Source of the DNA: Alkalibacterium sp.
GTDB taxonomy: Bacteria; Bacillota; Bacilli; Lactobacillales; Carnobacteriaceae_A
Direction of reading: 5' to 3'
NCBI GenBank assembly: GCA_007692455.1
Contig: RECC01000056.1
Span: forward strand, 25,654-89,653
Length of the DNA stretch: 64,000 nt
Below the pieces are notes generated by a model. That model worked only from the letters and a program-made list of their open reading frames with translations. It ran no database searches and was not told the origin of the DNA. The position numbers and the translations under genes were made by a program. Below, piece by piece: positions 23,743 through 33,994 of the stretch (positions are counted from its first letter, which is position 1; every line of letters begins with the position of its first letter).

Positions 23743-25008
23743 ATGAGTATTATAAACGAACTCGAATGGCGCGGAGCCATCAATCAGCAGACGGACGAAG
23801 AAGGTCTGCGCAAACTGACAGACGAAAAAAGTATTGCCCTATACTGCGGAATTGATCCCTCAGGAGACAGCATGCATGTGGGCCACCTGATTCCTTTCAT
23901 GATTCTGAAACGATTCCAACTGGCCGGCCACAAGCCTGTCATCCTAATCGGTGGCGGGACGGGTTCTATTGGAGACCCGAGCGGACGCAATTCTGAGCGT
24001 ACACTTCAGACCATGGATAAAATCATGGACAATGCCGATAAACTGAGCGCACAGATGCGCAAGCTGTTCAAAGCTGGTTCAGAAGAATCCGGCATCAAAC
24101 TGGTCAATAACTATGACTGGTTGAGCGGCCTGTCCTTCCTGGATTTCCTGCGTGACTACGGTAAGGAGTTCAACATCAATACCATGCTGGCCAAGGAAGT
24201 CGTGTCCAGCCGTCTTGATTCGGGGATTTCCTTTACCGAATTCAGCTACCAGATTATTCAGTCTGTCGACTTTCTTCACCTTTTCAAGAATGAAGAGGTC
24301 CAGCTTCAAATCGGTGGGTCTGACCAGTGGGGAAACATTACTGCCGGGCTGGACTTGATTCGTAAAAAAGAAGGCTTTGACGCGAAAGCATTCGGTCTGA
24401 CTATTCCCCTGCTCCTGAAAGCTGACGGAACCAAATTCGGCAAATCAGCTGAAGGTGCCATCTGGCTGGATCCTGAAAAGACGACTCCTTACGAGTTTTA
24501 TCAGTTCTGGTTCAACCAGGATGACCGTGATGTCATCAAGTACCTGAAATACTTCTCTTTCCTTTCCAAAGAAGAGATTGATGAACTGGCCGAGAAGGTG
24601 GAAACAGAACCGCATAAACGTGCTGCTCAAAAAGCACTGGCTGAAGAAATGACGCGTTTCGTTCACAGCCAGGAGGCTCTTGATGAAGCAATAAAGATAT
24701 CTCAAGCCCTGTTCTCTGGTGATATTCAGGATTTAACGGCTGATCAGATTGGTTCAACCTTTAAGGACGTTCCTTCTTCTGAAGCCGCTAAAGGTGAGCA
24801 CAACTTGGTGGAACTGCTGGTAGACGTTACCGGAATCGAACCGTCACGTAGACAGGCACGCGAAGACATTAAAAATGGCGCGATTCGCCTCAAAGGCATT
24901 CAGGTTAAGGATGTCGATTATGTCGTAGACGAAAAAGACAGCTTCGACAACCGCTTTATCATTGTACGAAAAGGCAAAAAGAAATACTTCCTTATTAACC
25001 TGGTTTAA
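23743..25008 (+). CDS. tyrS: tyrosine--tRNA ligase
   Basis: YCGIDPS, HVGH, QIGGSDQWGN, KFGKS, C-terminal S4 domain. Confidence 0.98.
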   Translation: MSIINELEWRGAINQQTDEEGLRKLTDEKSIALYCGIDPSGDSMHVGHLIPFMILKRFQLAGHKPVILIGGGTGSIGDPSGRNSERTLQTMDKIMDNADKLSAQMRKLFKAGSEESGIKLVNNYDWLSGLSFLDFLRDYGKEFNINTMLAKEVVSSRLDSGISFTEFSYQIIQSVDFLHLFKNEEVQLQIGGSDQWGNITAGLDLIRKKEGFDAKAFGLTIPLLLKADGTKFGKSAEGAIWLDPEKTTPYEFYQFWFNQDDRDVIKYLKYFSFLSKEEIDELAEKVETEPHKRAAQKALAEEMTRFVHSQEALDEAIKISQALFSGDIQDLTADQIGSTFKDVPSSEAAKGEHNLVELLVDVTGIEPSRRQAREDIKNGAIRLKGIQVKDVDYVVDEKDSFDNRFIIVRKGKKKYFLINLV

Positions 25009-25032
25009 CTAAGGTTTAAAGATAAAGATGAG

Positions 25033-25068
25033 AAGAGATGCTGGCTTCGGGCCGGCATCTCTTTTTTT
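25033..25068 (+). terminator. intrinsic terminator after tyrS
   Basis: AAGAGATGCTGGC-ttcgg-GCCGGCATCTCTT followed by a T-run. Confidence 0.9.
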
Positions 25069-25161
25069 ATCAGTTAAAAAATGTTGCATTATTCTTGAAA
25101 TACTGTTGGTTCAATGAGGCCAAAGAGTCGTGATGAAGCGATTTTGGCGATGATTCAAAAT

Positions 25162-25515
25162 CTTCGGCAGACTCAACATAATGAGATGCGTCACTCTACC
25201 CAAGTTAGTACTCATTAGGTAAACTCAAATCTCCATTCCCTTTGACTATTCCGAAGTCCGACCTGCTTGGGTAAAGTCAAAGGCCAGCCACTCTTCAGTC
25301 TGCTTAACTTAAGCATGCTTCGGCAGACTCAATCGAAATCACCTTTCACTTTGCCGAACTTATTCCTGCTTAGGCAGACTCAGTCTACAACGATTCTCCA
25401 CTTTGCCGAAGGGGGGCCGCCTTTGGTAAAGTCAGTCTACAATGGCTTCTCAGTTTACCCAAGCCTGCTGTTCTTCGGCTTACTCGTCTACCGTCTATTA
25501 GTGAGTATGCCGAAA
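25162..25515. repeat. array of 7 units, 52-bp period: inverted 14-bp half-sites (CTTnGGYAnASTSA) with variable 15-nt and 9-nt spacers
   Basis: Forward half-sites start at 25162, 25214, 25266, 25318, 25369, 25421, 25473. Reverse half-sites start at 25191, 25243, 25295, 25346, 25398, 25450, 25502. Confidence 0.92.
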
Positions 25516-25688
25516 CCTCCTAAAAATGGTGAAAGATGGAACATCTTTCTTCTTTCATAACGCTCTTTATTAGGTTTAGATTTGAGTTCCTCAAATCTTC
25601 CAATCAAAAAAGCCTCTGATCTGGCTTCATTGAGAGATAAATCTCAATAGATAGCTGAGTCAAAGGCCTTTTGTATGCTATTTAATTG

Positions 25689-26654
25689 TCAGTTAAACAA
25701 GCCGGTGATAGCTTCCCATATTTGTCTGAAGAAGTTGCCGATCTGGTCAAGCAGACCGCTGTCTTCAGCCTGCTGCCAGGCGTCTCCAAATCGGTCACGC
25801 AAATTACCGGATAATTGATCCAGCTGTTGTCTCACTTGATCTGAATCGATTGCACCAGTCTGCTGGTAGCGTTCGAAAAAGGCAAGCAGTCGATCAATCT
25901 GGTCCTGAGAAATGACATTCTGGAGATTATTGTTTGCAAGTGCGTCATTAATGATTTCTTCAATTTCTTCTCTCGTTGCCAACTCGTCTTGACGTTCTCT
26001 GAGTTCGGCCAGCTGCTGTTTAATTTCTACAATAGCCTGGTCAAAACGGTTCGTATCAAAATCGTCTTCATCCGCATTTTCCTGAGCAATTTCATTCGTT
26101 GTTTCCAGTTCTTCCTGAGCAACTTCCATCCGGTCCTGATCAAGGTCTTCACCATTTACGTCAAACGCCTTATAGATACCCGTCAACGCACTTTCACCCG
26201 TTACCGGTCGGATACTCGCAACCATGATAGTCACATCTTCCACACCGGCTGTGATGGCTGCATTGGTATACTGCTCTTCTGTGATTTGAGTGATGTTATC
26301 CGGTGTTTCGTTGATGACCTCAACTCCGTTTCCTTCATTTTCACGTTGGACCAAAACAGAGGAAATCATACTGGCCGTGTTTCCTGATCCTGTTCCAAGG
26401 TAGTTCTGCAGGTCTTCACCTGTTACGCCCACACTTGCCACATTATCCATGCTGTCGATACCCAAAAGGTCAGCTGTTTCTTCGATTTGTGCGTCATTTA
26501 ATCCGCCTCCATAAACATAAGTGGGCAGACCCCAGGCTTCATTTACAACACTAGTATCGATTCCTTCAGATGCTGCTACTCCCTGAACCGAGACCATCGC
26601 GAGTGTTGACAAGACCATTCCGCCTGTTAGAATTCGTTTTATAAGATTTTTCAT
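25689..26654 (-). CDS. secreted DUF1002 (YpuA-like) protein
   Basis: Signal peptide, YGGGL, VTGESALTGIYKA; ATG at 26654 after AGGAGA. Confidence 0.88.
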   Translation of the reverse strand: MKNLIKRILTGGMVLSTLAMVSVQGVAASEGIDTSVVNEAWGLPTYVYGGGLNDAQIEETADLLGIDSMDNVASVGVTGEDLQNYLGTGSGNTASMISSVLVQRENEGNGVEVINETPDNITQITEEQYTNAAITAGVEDVTIMVASIRPVTGESALTGIYKAFDVNGEDLDQDRMEVAQEELETTNEIAQENADEDDFDTNRFDQAIVEIKQQLAELRERQDELATREEIEEIINDALANNNLQNVISQDQIDRLLAFFERYQQTGAIDSDQVRQQLDQLSGNLRDRFGDAWQQAEDSGLLDQIGNFFRQIWEAITGLFN

Positions 26655-26894
26655 TTTAGTTTCTCTCCTTCTGTTTCCTAAAGAAAGCAAGCGTTGCTTC
26701 CGAGTATAGTATACCATCATCTACAATTTTTTGCCTGGGCCTTTAAGTCTATTTTTAGCGTTTGCGGCATTAGTCTACGTTACGGCACAGACTCTTTTAC
26801 TTTGGAAAACATCGGAGTATCTCATTACTCATAACAAAAAGGTCAGCTGATTTGTTCAGCTGACCTTTAACTCTTTTACTCATTGCTTTATTAA

Positions 26895-27668
26895 TTATTT
26901 TGCAGCCATTCCACCGTCCACACGGTATTGTGCACCAGTGATAAAGGTTGAATCATCAGAAGCCAGGAAGAGAACCAGTTTGGCAATGTCATCCGACTCG
27001 CCGTATCTCTGCATTGGGATATCTTTTTCCAAACCTTCTTTTACTGCATCTGCGTTGTCTGGGTCAAATCCCTGTTCCAGCGAGCGCATCATACGTGTGT
27101 TAACGGGTGAAGGATGAACTGAGTTGACACGTATGTCTTCAGCGGCAGTTTCCAGAGCCACCGATTTTGTCAATCCGATAACAGCATGCTTGCTTGCTAC
27201 ATAAGGCGATACTCCAGGGGAACCGATAAAGCCGGCTACCGAAGACATATTTATAATACTGCCTTTTTTATGTTCCATCATAATAGGCAAAACGTGTTTC
27301 ATCCCTAGGAACACACCGCGCACGTTTACGGCCAGAACTTTGTCTAAATCCTTCACATCATGATTAATGATGGGCGCTACTTTTCCTTCTATTCCCGCGT
27401 TGTTAAAGAAGATATCGATGGTTCCAAATTTATCCACTGTCTTGTCAACATAACTTTTCACAGCTTCTTCATCGGAAACATCTGCCTGAACACTTAATAC
27501 ATCACCAAATTCACGTAACTCGGATTCTGCATTCTTTAAATCATCATTATTGATATCGACTATGGATACTTTCGCACCTTCATTCAGGAACAACTTAGCT
27601 GTCTCTTTTCCGATACCGGCGGCTCCACCGGTAATCAATGCTACTTTTCCTTCTAAACGTTTTGTCAT
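26895..27668 (-). CDS. SDR family oxidoreductase (levodione reductase/glucose dehydrogenase-like)
   Basis: TGGAAGIG, NNAGIEG, YVASK. Confidence 0.9.
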   Translation of the reverse strand: MTKRLEGKVALITGGAAGIGKETAKLFLNEGAKVSIVDINNDDLKNAESELREFGDVLSVQADVSDEEAVKSYVDKTVDKFGTIDIFFNNAGIEGKVAPIINHDVKDLDKVLAVNVRGVFLGMKHVLPIMMEHKKGSIINMSSVAGFIGSPGVSPYVASKHAVIGLTKSVALETAAEDIRVNSVHPSPVNTRMMRSLEQGFDPDNADAVKEGLEKDIPMQRYGESDDIAKLVLFLASDDSTFITGAQYRVDGGMAAK

Positions 27669-27741
27669 ATCATCCCACCTTAAAGAATTTTTTGTTCAGG
27701 TTGTCGACTATCCTCCTTAATAAAGATTTCACTAACTGTAT

Positions 27742-27755
27742 TGTAACCGTTTTCT
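27742..27755. promoter_or_regulatory. cre (CcpA) site overlapping the promoter of the SDR gene
   Basis: TGTAACCGTTTTCT overlaps minus-strand TTGAAA-17-TACAAT. Confidence 0.65.
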
Positions 27756-27848
27756 TAATGCCTTTCAAGTAGGCTTGTGAATTTTAATCATTCGCAAAAA
27801 AAGAGCACCAGGCTCAGCCAGGTGCTCTTTCCTTTAGTTTATCAACTA

Positions 27849-28502
27849 TCACAACTTATCTAATCCATCTTTAATATTATCGTCACCTGTTAGCAAGTCA
27901 AATGCTTTTTTATGAGTTGCTTCATTTTCCAGACTTTCTGCAATAACTTTTGCGACATCCACTCTAGGAATGGTGTAGACTTTTGCCTTTTTAGTGGCCT
28001 CGCCTGCAGCAATTGTACCAATCGACTCTGCGTTTTCGAGGTTACCCGGACGCACAATCGTATAGTTCAAGCCGGAATTAACCAGCCACATGTCAGCGTA
28101 GTATTTGGCTGCAAAGTAAGGCTTCATGTCCTTGACCCACTGTCTGCGGTTATCGGATCTGAATGCCCCTACCATGATAAAGCGATCGATTCCTCTGCTT
28201 TTAGCTGCTTCAACGGTTTTTACGGCGCCGTCCAAGTCGATAAGGACAGTCTTGTCGTAGCCTGTGCCTCCACCTGAACCGGCTGTGAACACTACAGCAT
28301 CAATATCGGTCATCGTCTTACTGATTTTTTCAATACTGTCTTCAAGATTACCGAGTCTAGCCTCCACTCCCTTGTCTTCAAAGGCTTTGACCTGTTCTTC
28401 TTTTCTCACAAATGCAACAGGCGTATGCTGTCCGCCTTCTTTCAGTTCATTGACTAAATGTTGTCCAATCTGACCGTTTGCTCCAACAATTAACACGTTC
28501 AT
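27849..28502 (-). CDS. atypical SDR / NAD(P)H-binding protein (YhfK-like)
   Basis: VGANGQIG, VFTAGSG, IDLDGA, YFAAK, IPRVDVA. Confidence 0.88.
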   Translation of the reverse strand: MNVLIVGANGQIGQHLVNELKEGGQHTPVAFVRKEEQVKAFEDKGVEARLGNLEDSIEKISKTMTDIDAVVFTAGSGGGTGYDKTVLIDLDGAVKTVEAAKSRGIDRFIMVGAFRSDNRRQWVKDMKPYFAAKYYADMWLVNSGLNYTIVRPGNLENAESIGTIAAGEATKKAKVYTIPRVDVAKVIAESLENEATHKKAFDLLTGDDNIKDGLDKL

Positions 28503-28599
28503 TATAGTCACTCCTTATAGTGGTGTTTCTTCTTAAAGAATATCAAAAAAAAGACACCACTACCAAGAAAAAGCCTTTACTTGGTAATGTGTCTATTGA

Positions 28600-29382
28600 T
28601 TACAATAAATGATACGTCAGACAAGCCGGCTTGTCTGTATGAGGGTCCTGAACTATTTTTGCATCTATGTCAAAAACGTCTCTTAGAACCTCATTGGTCA
28701 TGACCTCTGAAGGTGTTCCAGCTTTCACTATCTGACCGTTTCTAAGAGCTATCAGATAGTCTGAAAAACGAGCCGCATGATTCAAATCATGAAGAACCAT
28801 GACAATGGTTTTATTCTGATTTTTGTTCAGTTTTTCAAGGACCTGCAGGACATCCAGCTGATGAGCCAGATCCAGATAAGTGGTCGGTTCATCGAGCAGA
28901 AGAATGTCGGTATCCTGGGCCAGTGCCATGGCTATCCAGACACGCTGTCTTTGCCCGCCGGATAAAGAATGGACATATCGGTCAGCAAATTCCAGCAAGT
29001 TTGTTTCTTCCAATGCCCAGTGTACCATTTCCCAATCTTTATTGGTCAGCTGGCCAAAGCCTTTTTGATAAGGTGCTCGCCCGTAAGATACCAGATCCTT
29101 CACCGTCATTTCTTCAGGGGTATGTGGCGACTGAGCAAGTATCGCTACTTTCTGAGCAATCGTTTTGGTCGGCTGAGAGTGAATAGCTTTACCGTCCAGA
29201 AGTACAGCGCCACCGGCCGGTTTTAGAATTCGTGCAATCGTCTTAAGAATGGTTGATTTCCCGCAGCCATTCGGACCGATAATGCAGGTAATCTTCGAGT
29301 CGGGTATAGTCAGACTCAACCCGTCTATAATCAGTTCTTTTCCATATCCTACTTTCAGGTCATCTGTTACGATACGCGACAC
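28600..29382 (-). CDS. iron-siderophore ABC transporter ATP-binding protein (FhuC-like)
   Basis: GPNGCGKST, LSGGQRQRVWIAMALAQ, LHDLN. Confidence 0.93.
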   Translation of the reverse strand: MSRIVTDDLKVGYGKELIIDGLSLTIPDSKITCIIGPNGCGKSTILKTIARILKPAGGAVLLDGKAIHSQPTKTIAQKVAILAQSPHTPEEMTVKDLVSYGRAPYQKGFGQLTNKDWEMVHWALEETNLLEFADRYVHSLSGGQRQRVWIAMALAQDTDILLLDEPTTYLDLAHQLDVLQVLEKLNKNQNKTIVMVLHDLNHAARFSDYLIALRNGQIVKAGTPSEVMTNEVLRDVFDIDAKIVQDPHTDKPACLTYHLL

Positions 29383-29420
29383 TGTACTCCCCCCTTTTTT
29401 ATCTGTCGTTTAATTCAGTA

Positions 29421-30368
29421 TTAGTCAGCTGCCTCGAGGCTTTCTTCAATAAATCCGAGAACCTGTTCGTTTGCTATTGGACCATAGTATAACCAGGCCG
29501 ACTGAGAGTCAAATGTATAGACATTCTCGTTTTCCACAGCTGGAATATTCTGCCATAGACGGTCTTCTGTCAAGGCAGGTTCTTCATCGTCCGATATAAG
29601 GAACAAATGATCCACATCCATCTCAGCCAGCTCTTCCAGTGAGATAGAGGCCCAATCGGCTTCATCGGACAAGTCATTCAAGACAGACGGCAGTTCAAAG
29701 CCGGCATCTTGATACAGAACCGCTCCGCTCGAACGTTCCGGATGCACGACAAACAATGTTGTGTCAATCATCCAAATAGCTGCGGCAGTTTCCCCGTCAG
29801 CCCTTTCCGCTACGACATCAGCTGTTTCTTCAGCACGAACGTCATAGGATTCAATGACTTCATTTGCTTCATCTTCCTTATCCAAGATTTCTCCCAGTTC
29901 AAGAAGCGTCTCTCTCCAGTCTGTCGGGCTGGCATTCATAACGTAGGTTGGTGCAATCAACTGATACTGTTCAAGCATATCCTGCTCTACTTCGTCACGG
30001 ATGATAATTAAATCCGGTTCATATTCCAATACGGACTCATAAGGTAAATCATAAGGAATCGTGGGTACATCAGCTAGCTCATCCTGCAGATAAAACTGGA
30101 CGCCTTCTCCGTCGCCAATAGACCACTGAGCGGCCGGCATGACATCCAGAGCGACGAGATAATCCTCCAGATAAGAAGCGATAATCGCTTCAGGATCCTC
30201 AGGAATTTCTACTTCATTTCCGGCTCCGTCTGTCATGACTCGCGGACCTTCTTCTGTTTCAACTGTTTCTTCCTCTGTTAACATGCCGTTTTCCTGTTCA
30301 TCAGTTTCAGCTGCACACGCCGCTAAAGTCAAAGACAGCGTCATTGCACCAATCATCATTTTTTTCAT
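29421..30368 (-). CDS. iron-siderophore ABC substrate-binding lipoprotein
   Basis: Lipobox LAAC, EPDLII, IAPTYV, WQNIPAVEN. Confidence 0.88.
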   Translation of the reverse strand: MKKMMIGAMTLSLTLAACAAETDEQENGMLTEEETVETEEGPRVMTDGAGNEVEIPEDPEAIIASYLEDYLVALDVMPAAQWSIGDGEGVQFYLQDELADVPTIPYDLPYESVLEYEPDLIIIRDEVEQDMLEQYQLIAPTYVMNASPTDWRETLLELGEILDKEDEANEVIESYDVRAEETADVVAERADGETAAAIWMIDTTLFVVHPERSSGAVLYQDAGFELPSVLNDLSDEADWASISLEELAEMDVDHLFLISDDEEPALTEDRLWQNIPAVENENVYTFDSQSAWLYYGPIANEQVLGFIEESLEAAD

Positions 30369-30381
30369 CGTTATTCCTCCA

Positions 30382-31434
30382 TTATTCTTTGATTGTAATC
30401 AGTAAGTATATAAAATAGGGTGCACCGATAACCGCGACAATGAGCCCCACCGGAATTTCGGAAGGAGCCAGTACACTTCTGGCGATACTGTCTGACAAGA
30501 TAATCAGCAGAGCACCAATACAGGCTGAGATTGGAAGCAGTCGCTGAAATTTCCCTCCAACCAGCCTTCGAGCCAGATGGGGGGCGACTAGTCCTACAAA
30601 AGCTATGCCTCCTGCGGCCGCCACACTGGATGCCGCCAGAGCGACTCCTAAGACCAGTAGTATCAGTCTTTCTTTCTGAATCGAGCTTCCCAGCCCCACC
30701 GCCATTTCTTCTCCAAGCTGCATAATCGACAAAACTTTAGCCTTATACAAAGCCAGTGGGAAAAAGATAAGGAACCAGGGAAGCAGTCGCAAGACTGTTG
30801 TCCAGGACGCATTCCATATGGAGCCTGACAGCCAGGTTATGGCCCGATTAAAGTCACTTTCGCTCATTCTCAGCTGCACGAGCATTAAAGCAGCCGCAAA
30901 TCCTGAGTTAATACCGATTCCAACGAGTACCAGTCGAACCGGGGTGACCCCTTTTTTCCATGCCAGCAGATAAATCAGTCCGGCGGCTGTCAGTCCACCT
31001 AAGAAAGCAATGAAAGGCAGGCCTCTGTCAGCCCAGACAGGTACGGAGCCTTCGTTAAGTGATGTCAGGTAAAGAAACAGAACAACAAAAAATCCTGAGC
31101 CTGAATGTATGCCTATTATACCAGGATCGGCCAGACCATTTTCAGTCACTCCCTGGAAAACAGCTCCGGCACTTGCCATCGCTGCGCCAACAAGCAGAGC
31201 AAGAAGCGTGCGGGGTAACCTAAACTGATACAACAAAAGTCTGTGCGCATCCGTCCCCTGACCTCTAACTGTTCGAATGATATCAGGAAGAGTCAAAGTC
31301 AAGTGGCCGGATCCGAGGCTAACCAGAATCGATAAGAGTATCATTACTAAGAGAAACAAGAGCAGGTATACTGTCCGTTTGAAGGCTTTATCCTTGTAGG
31401 GAGACCAGTCTTTCTCTGCGTGTTCTTTATGCAT
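30382..31434 (-). CDS. iron-siderophore ABC permease (FecCD family)
   Basis: FRLPR, NGLADPGIIG, FVGLVAPH. Confidence 0.93.
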   Translation of the reverse strand: MHKEHAEKDWSPYKDKAFKRTVYLLLFLLVMILLSILVSLGSGHLTLTLPDIIRTVRGQGTDAHRLLLYQFRLPRTLLALLVGAAMASAGAVFQGVTENGLADPGIIGIHSGSGFFVVLFLYLTSLNEGSVPVWADRGLPFIAFLGGLTAAGLIYLLAWKKGVTPVRLVLVGIGINSGFAAALMLVQLRMSESDFNRAITWLSGSIWNASWTTVLRLLPWFLIFFPLALYKAKVLSIMQLGEEMAVGLGSSIQKERLILLVLGVALAASSVAAAGGIAFVGLVAPHLARRLVGGKFQRLLPISACIGALLIILSDSIARSVLAPSEIPVGLIVAVIGAPYFIYLLITIKE

Positions 31435-31437
31435 GTA

Positions 31438-32502
31438 TCATCCTCTCCCTTCTTTTCGAGCCAGGAAGAGGAAGAAAGGTACACCTATCAAAGCCGTTAA
31501 TGCCCCGACAGGTGTCTCGTAAGGTATGTTAATTGTGCGGGCTGCAATATCTGCTATGACTAATAAAAGCGCACCGAAAACTGCCGAACTCGGCAATACC
31601 CATCGGTAATCCAATCCCATCACTTTTTTCGAGATATGAGGAATCACCAGTCCGATAAAGCCAACTGTTCCCGCAATAGAAACAGCTGCTCCAGTTAGAA
31701 GCAGCACGATTAGTGTGGAAATCACTTTTAACCTTCCAATCTTAACACCTAATCCTCGGGCCATTTCTTCTCCCAGACCCATAATAGTCAGTGATCGGGA
31801 AAGCATAAATGCAGCAGCTAATACCACGACCGCAATAATTCCGGCTATCCGGACTGTTTCCATCCGAACACCAGCCACTCCGCCTGCATACCAAAAGGTA
31901 ATGTCCCGGGCCACATTAAAATGAATGGCTATGATAGTCGACAGAGATTGAAGCAGTGCGCTCACCGCCGCTCCTGCGAGTGCCAGTTTGACCGGGGTCA
32001 GTCCTCTTTTACTAAATGAGCCGATCAGAAATACCATGCCGGCTCCCAAGGCCGCTCCTGAAAATGACCACATAATCAGCTGGTAATAGTTAGACTGAGG
32101 ATAAAACGCAAAGGCCAGTGCCAGCATAAATGCTGAACCGGACGTTACTCCCATTATGGAAGGAGAGGCTAACGGGTTTAGGGTCAATGCCTGCATAATG
32201 ACACCGGAAACAGCCAGAAAAGCCCCCACTAAGGCCGCAGCCAGTACTCGGGGAACCCTGAGGTCTCTCAGTATCAAATGGCTGGTATTGGTCTCATCAA
32301 ATGAAAGAAAGGAATCCGCAATTGTTTCCCAGGTCACTGAAGCCGCTCCGATTGACAGTGATACTATCATCACTATAATCAGAACAGCCAGGCTGGAGAA
32401 GAGAATAAGCGCAGTCGGATGCGGTGCACTCAGACGTTTCAGCAGGCGCTTTTGGGTCTCCTTTTTAGTTAGCTCTTTCTTCCGTATCTGCTCCATGTCC
32501 AT
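31438..32502 (-). CDS. iron-siderophore ABC permease (FecCD family)
   Basis: LRVPR, NPLASPSIMG, FIGLVIPH. Confidence 0.93.
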   Translation of the reverse strand: MDMEQIRKKELTKKETQKRLLKRLSAPHPTALILFSSLAVLIIVMIVSLSIGAASVTWETIADSFLSFDETNTSHLILRDLRVPRVLAAALVGAFLAVSGVIMQALTLNPLASPSIMGVTSGSAFMLALAFAFYPQSNYYQLIMWSFSGAALGAGMVFLIGSFSKRGLTPVKLALAGAAVSALLQSLSTIIAIHFNVARDITFWYAGGVAGVRMETVRIAGIIAVVVLAAAFMLSRSLTIMGLGEEMARGLGVKIGRLKVISTLIVLLLTGAAVSIAGTVGFIGLVIPHISKKVMGLDYRWVLPSSAVFGALLLVIADIAARTINIPYETPVGALTALIGVPFFLFLARKEGRG

Positions 32503-32514
32503 ACCCTTTTCTTG

Positions 32515-33558
32515 TTAATTGTCTGAATTCGAGTCGTGTACTCTATTTTGAAGTTCCTTATGAAAAGAAGACATGACTGTCGGCAAAGCCGATTCAGGGT
32601 TTAGATGGTTCTTCACCTGGTTGACCGCATTGACCGCATCGTTAAATGCACCGGCTATTAGTCTGACTTTTCCTTCATAATCGACAATGTCTCCAACTGC
32701 GTACATTCCTTCAACTGAGGTTTGAGTTTGACTGTTACCTTGAATATAGTAATCATCTTTCAATAGAAGATTCGCTTCTTTTTCCTGATGGAAATTCGGT
32801 TCTGCTTCAAAGCCGATATTGACAATCAGGTCATCACAGTCAAGCCTGTACGTCTGGTCAGTCTGGCTGTTTTTAACAGTTATAGACTGAACAGATTCTC
32901 TTTTCTCATCCAACTCCATGTCTTCAATCGATGTATATGAATGGATATGTACGCTTGACTCCTTTAATTGACGAAGCTGAGATTCATGCGCACGGAAGGT
33001 ATCGCTCCTGTGAATCAGATGAAGCGAACCGGCATATTCTTTCAGCTCATTGGCCCAGTCAATAGCAGAGTTCCCTCCGCCGACGATGACGACATTTCTA
33101 TCTTTGAAATCGTTCAGACGGTTGATTGTATAGTGGACATTGGGCTGATTAAATAACTGGCCCTGATTTGCTTGAAGTTTTTTGGGAGAGACAATGCCTC
33201 CCCCTGTGGCTATAATAACTGATCGGCTGAAAAACTCTTCACCATTTAAACTTGTTACTTTGAATAATTGAGCATTTATTTTATTAATACGCGTGACTTT
33301 TTTATTCAAATTGATTTCAGGGCTGAAAGTTTTCCCCTGGTCCATTAGGTAGCTCATGACATCTGCACCTAAAGTCGGCGGCATGCCTCCTATATCCCAT
33401 ATCCTCTTTTCAGGATAAAAATGCAGTTTTCCACCTAACTTCTCTTTAACCTCGATTATCCGTACAGACAAGTCGCGCATGCCTGCATAAAAAGCCGCAT
33501 ACAACCCTGCTGGTCCGCCCCCGATAATGGTACAATCTGTCACGTTCTGGTTAGCCAT
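32515..33558 (-). CDS. ferredoxin/flavodoxin--NADP+ reductase (YumC/YcgT-like)
   Basis: IIGGGPAGLYAAFY, YPEKRIWD, GGGNSAIDWA; lacks the TrxB CxxC motif. Confidence 0.87.
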   Translation of the reverse strand: MANQNVTDCTIIGGGPAGLYAAFYAGMRDLSVRIIEVKEKLGGKLHFYPEKRIWDIGGMPPTLGADVMSYLMDQGKTFSPEINLNKKVTRINKINAQLFKVTSLNGEEFFSRSVIIATGGGIVSPKKLQANQGQLFNQPNVHYTINRLNDFKDRNVVIVGGGNSAIDWANELKEYAGSLHLIHRSDTFRAHESQLRQLKESSVHIHSYTSIEDMELDEKRESVQSITVKNSQTDQTYRLDCDDLIVNIGFEAEPNFHQEKEANLLLKDDYYIQGNSQTQTSVEGMYAVGDIVDYEGKVRLIAGAFNDAVNAVNQVKNHLNPESALPTVMSSFHKELQNRVHDSNSDN

Positions 33559-33580
33559 TTGATCCCTCTTTTTATCAATT

Positions 33581-33599
33581 GAGAATGATTATCACTATC
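33581..33599. promoter_or_regulatory. Fur box
   Basis: Minus strand GATAGTGATAATCATTCTC (17/19 to GATAATGATAATCATTATC); just downstream of TTGACA-17-TATAAC at 33606-33634. Confidence 0.9.
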
Positions 33600-33994
33600 A
33601 CATAAGTTATACCATTCACAAACCCCCATGTCAAGCCATCCTTGTATTTGAAACCGCTAACTCTATTATAAAAAAGTGGCTAAATTAAACTCATAACAAA
33701 TTATGTTTTATGAAAACTATTCACTTCTATATTACTGAGAAAATTTGTGCAATTTGAGTTTTCTACACTCGTACTTATATACAATGTTACTACTTCCTTG
33801 GATAATTATTGTGTAATTAGCTTCAATACATTTACATTATTCTCTATTCCGTATCAATCAGTATAATTTACCTAAAGCAGAAAAAGCTGAGCCACTTTTA
33901 AAAAATGGCCCAGCTTTTAATCTTTTTATTGTACTTACCATAAAACTTCATAGCGATTAGAGAGGCAATCCATACGAACAGGAACTTGGTAATC

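Noticed and set aside
23743-24560. Apparently higher GC in the 5' part of tyrS, suggesting horizontal replacement
   Set aside because: Not quantified, codon bias could explain it, and no boundary or mobility signal was seen.
25162-25515. CRISPR array interpretation of the 52-bp array
   Set aside because: The repeats are 14-bp degenerate sites in alternating orientation, the spacers are only 9-15 nt, and no cas gene is in the window.
25267-25560. 97-aa ORF over the array
   Set aside because: TTG start without an RBS, and a 52-bp period does not preserve frame. Likely a by-product of the repeat.
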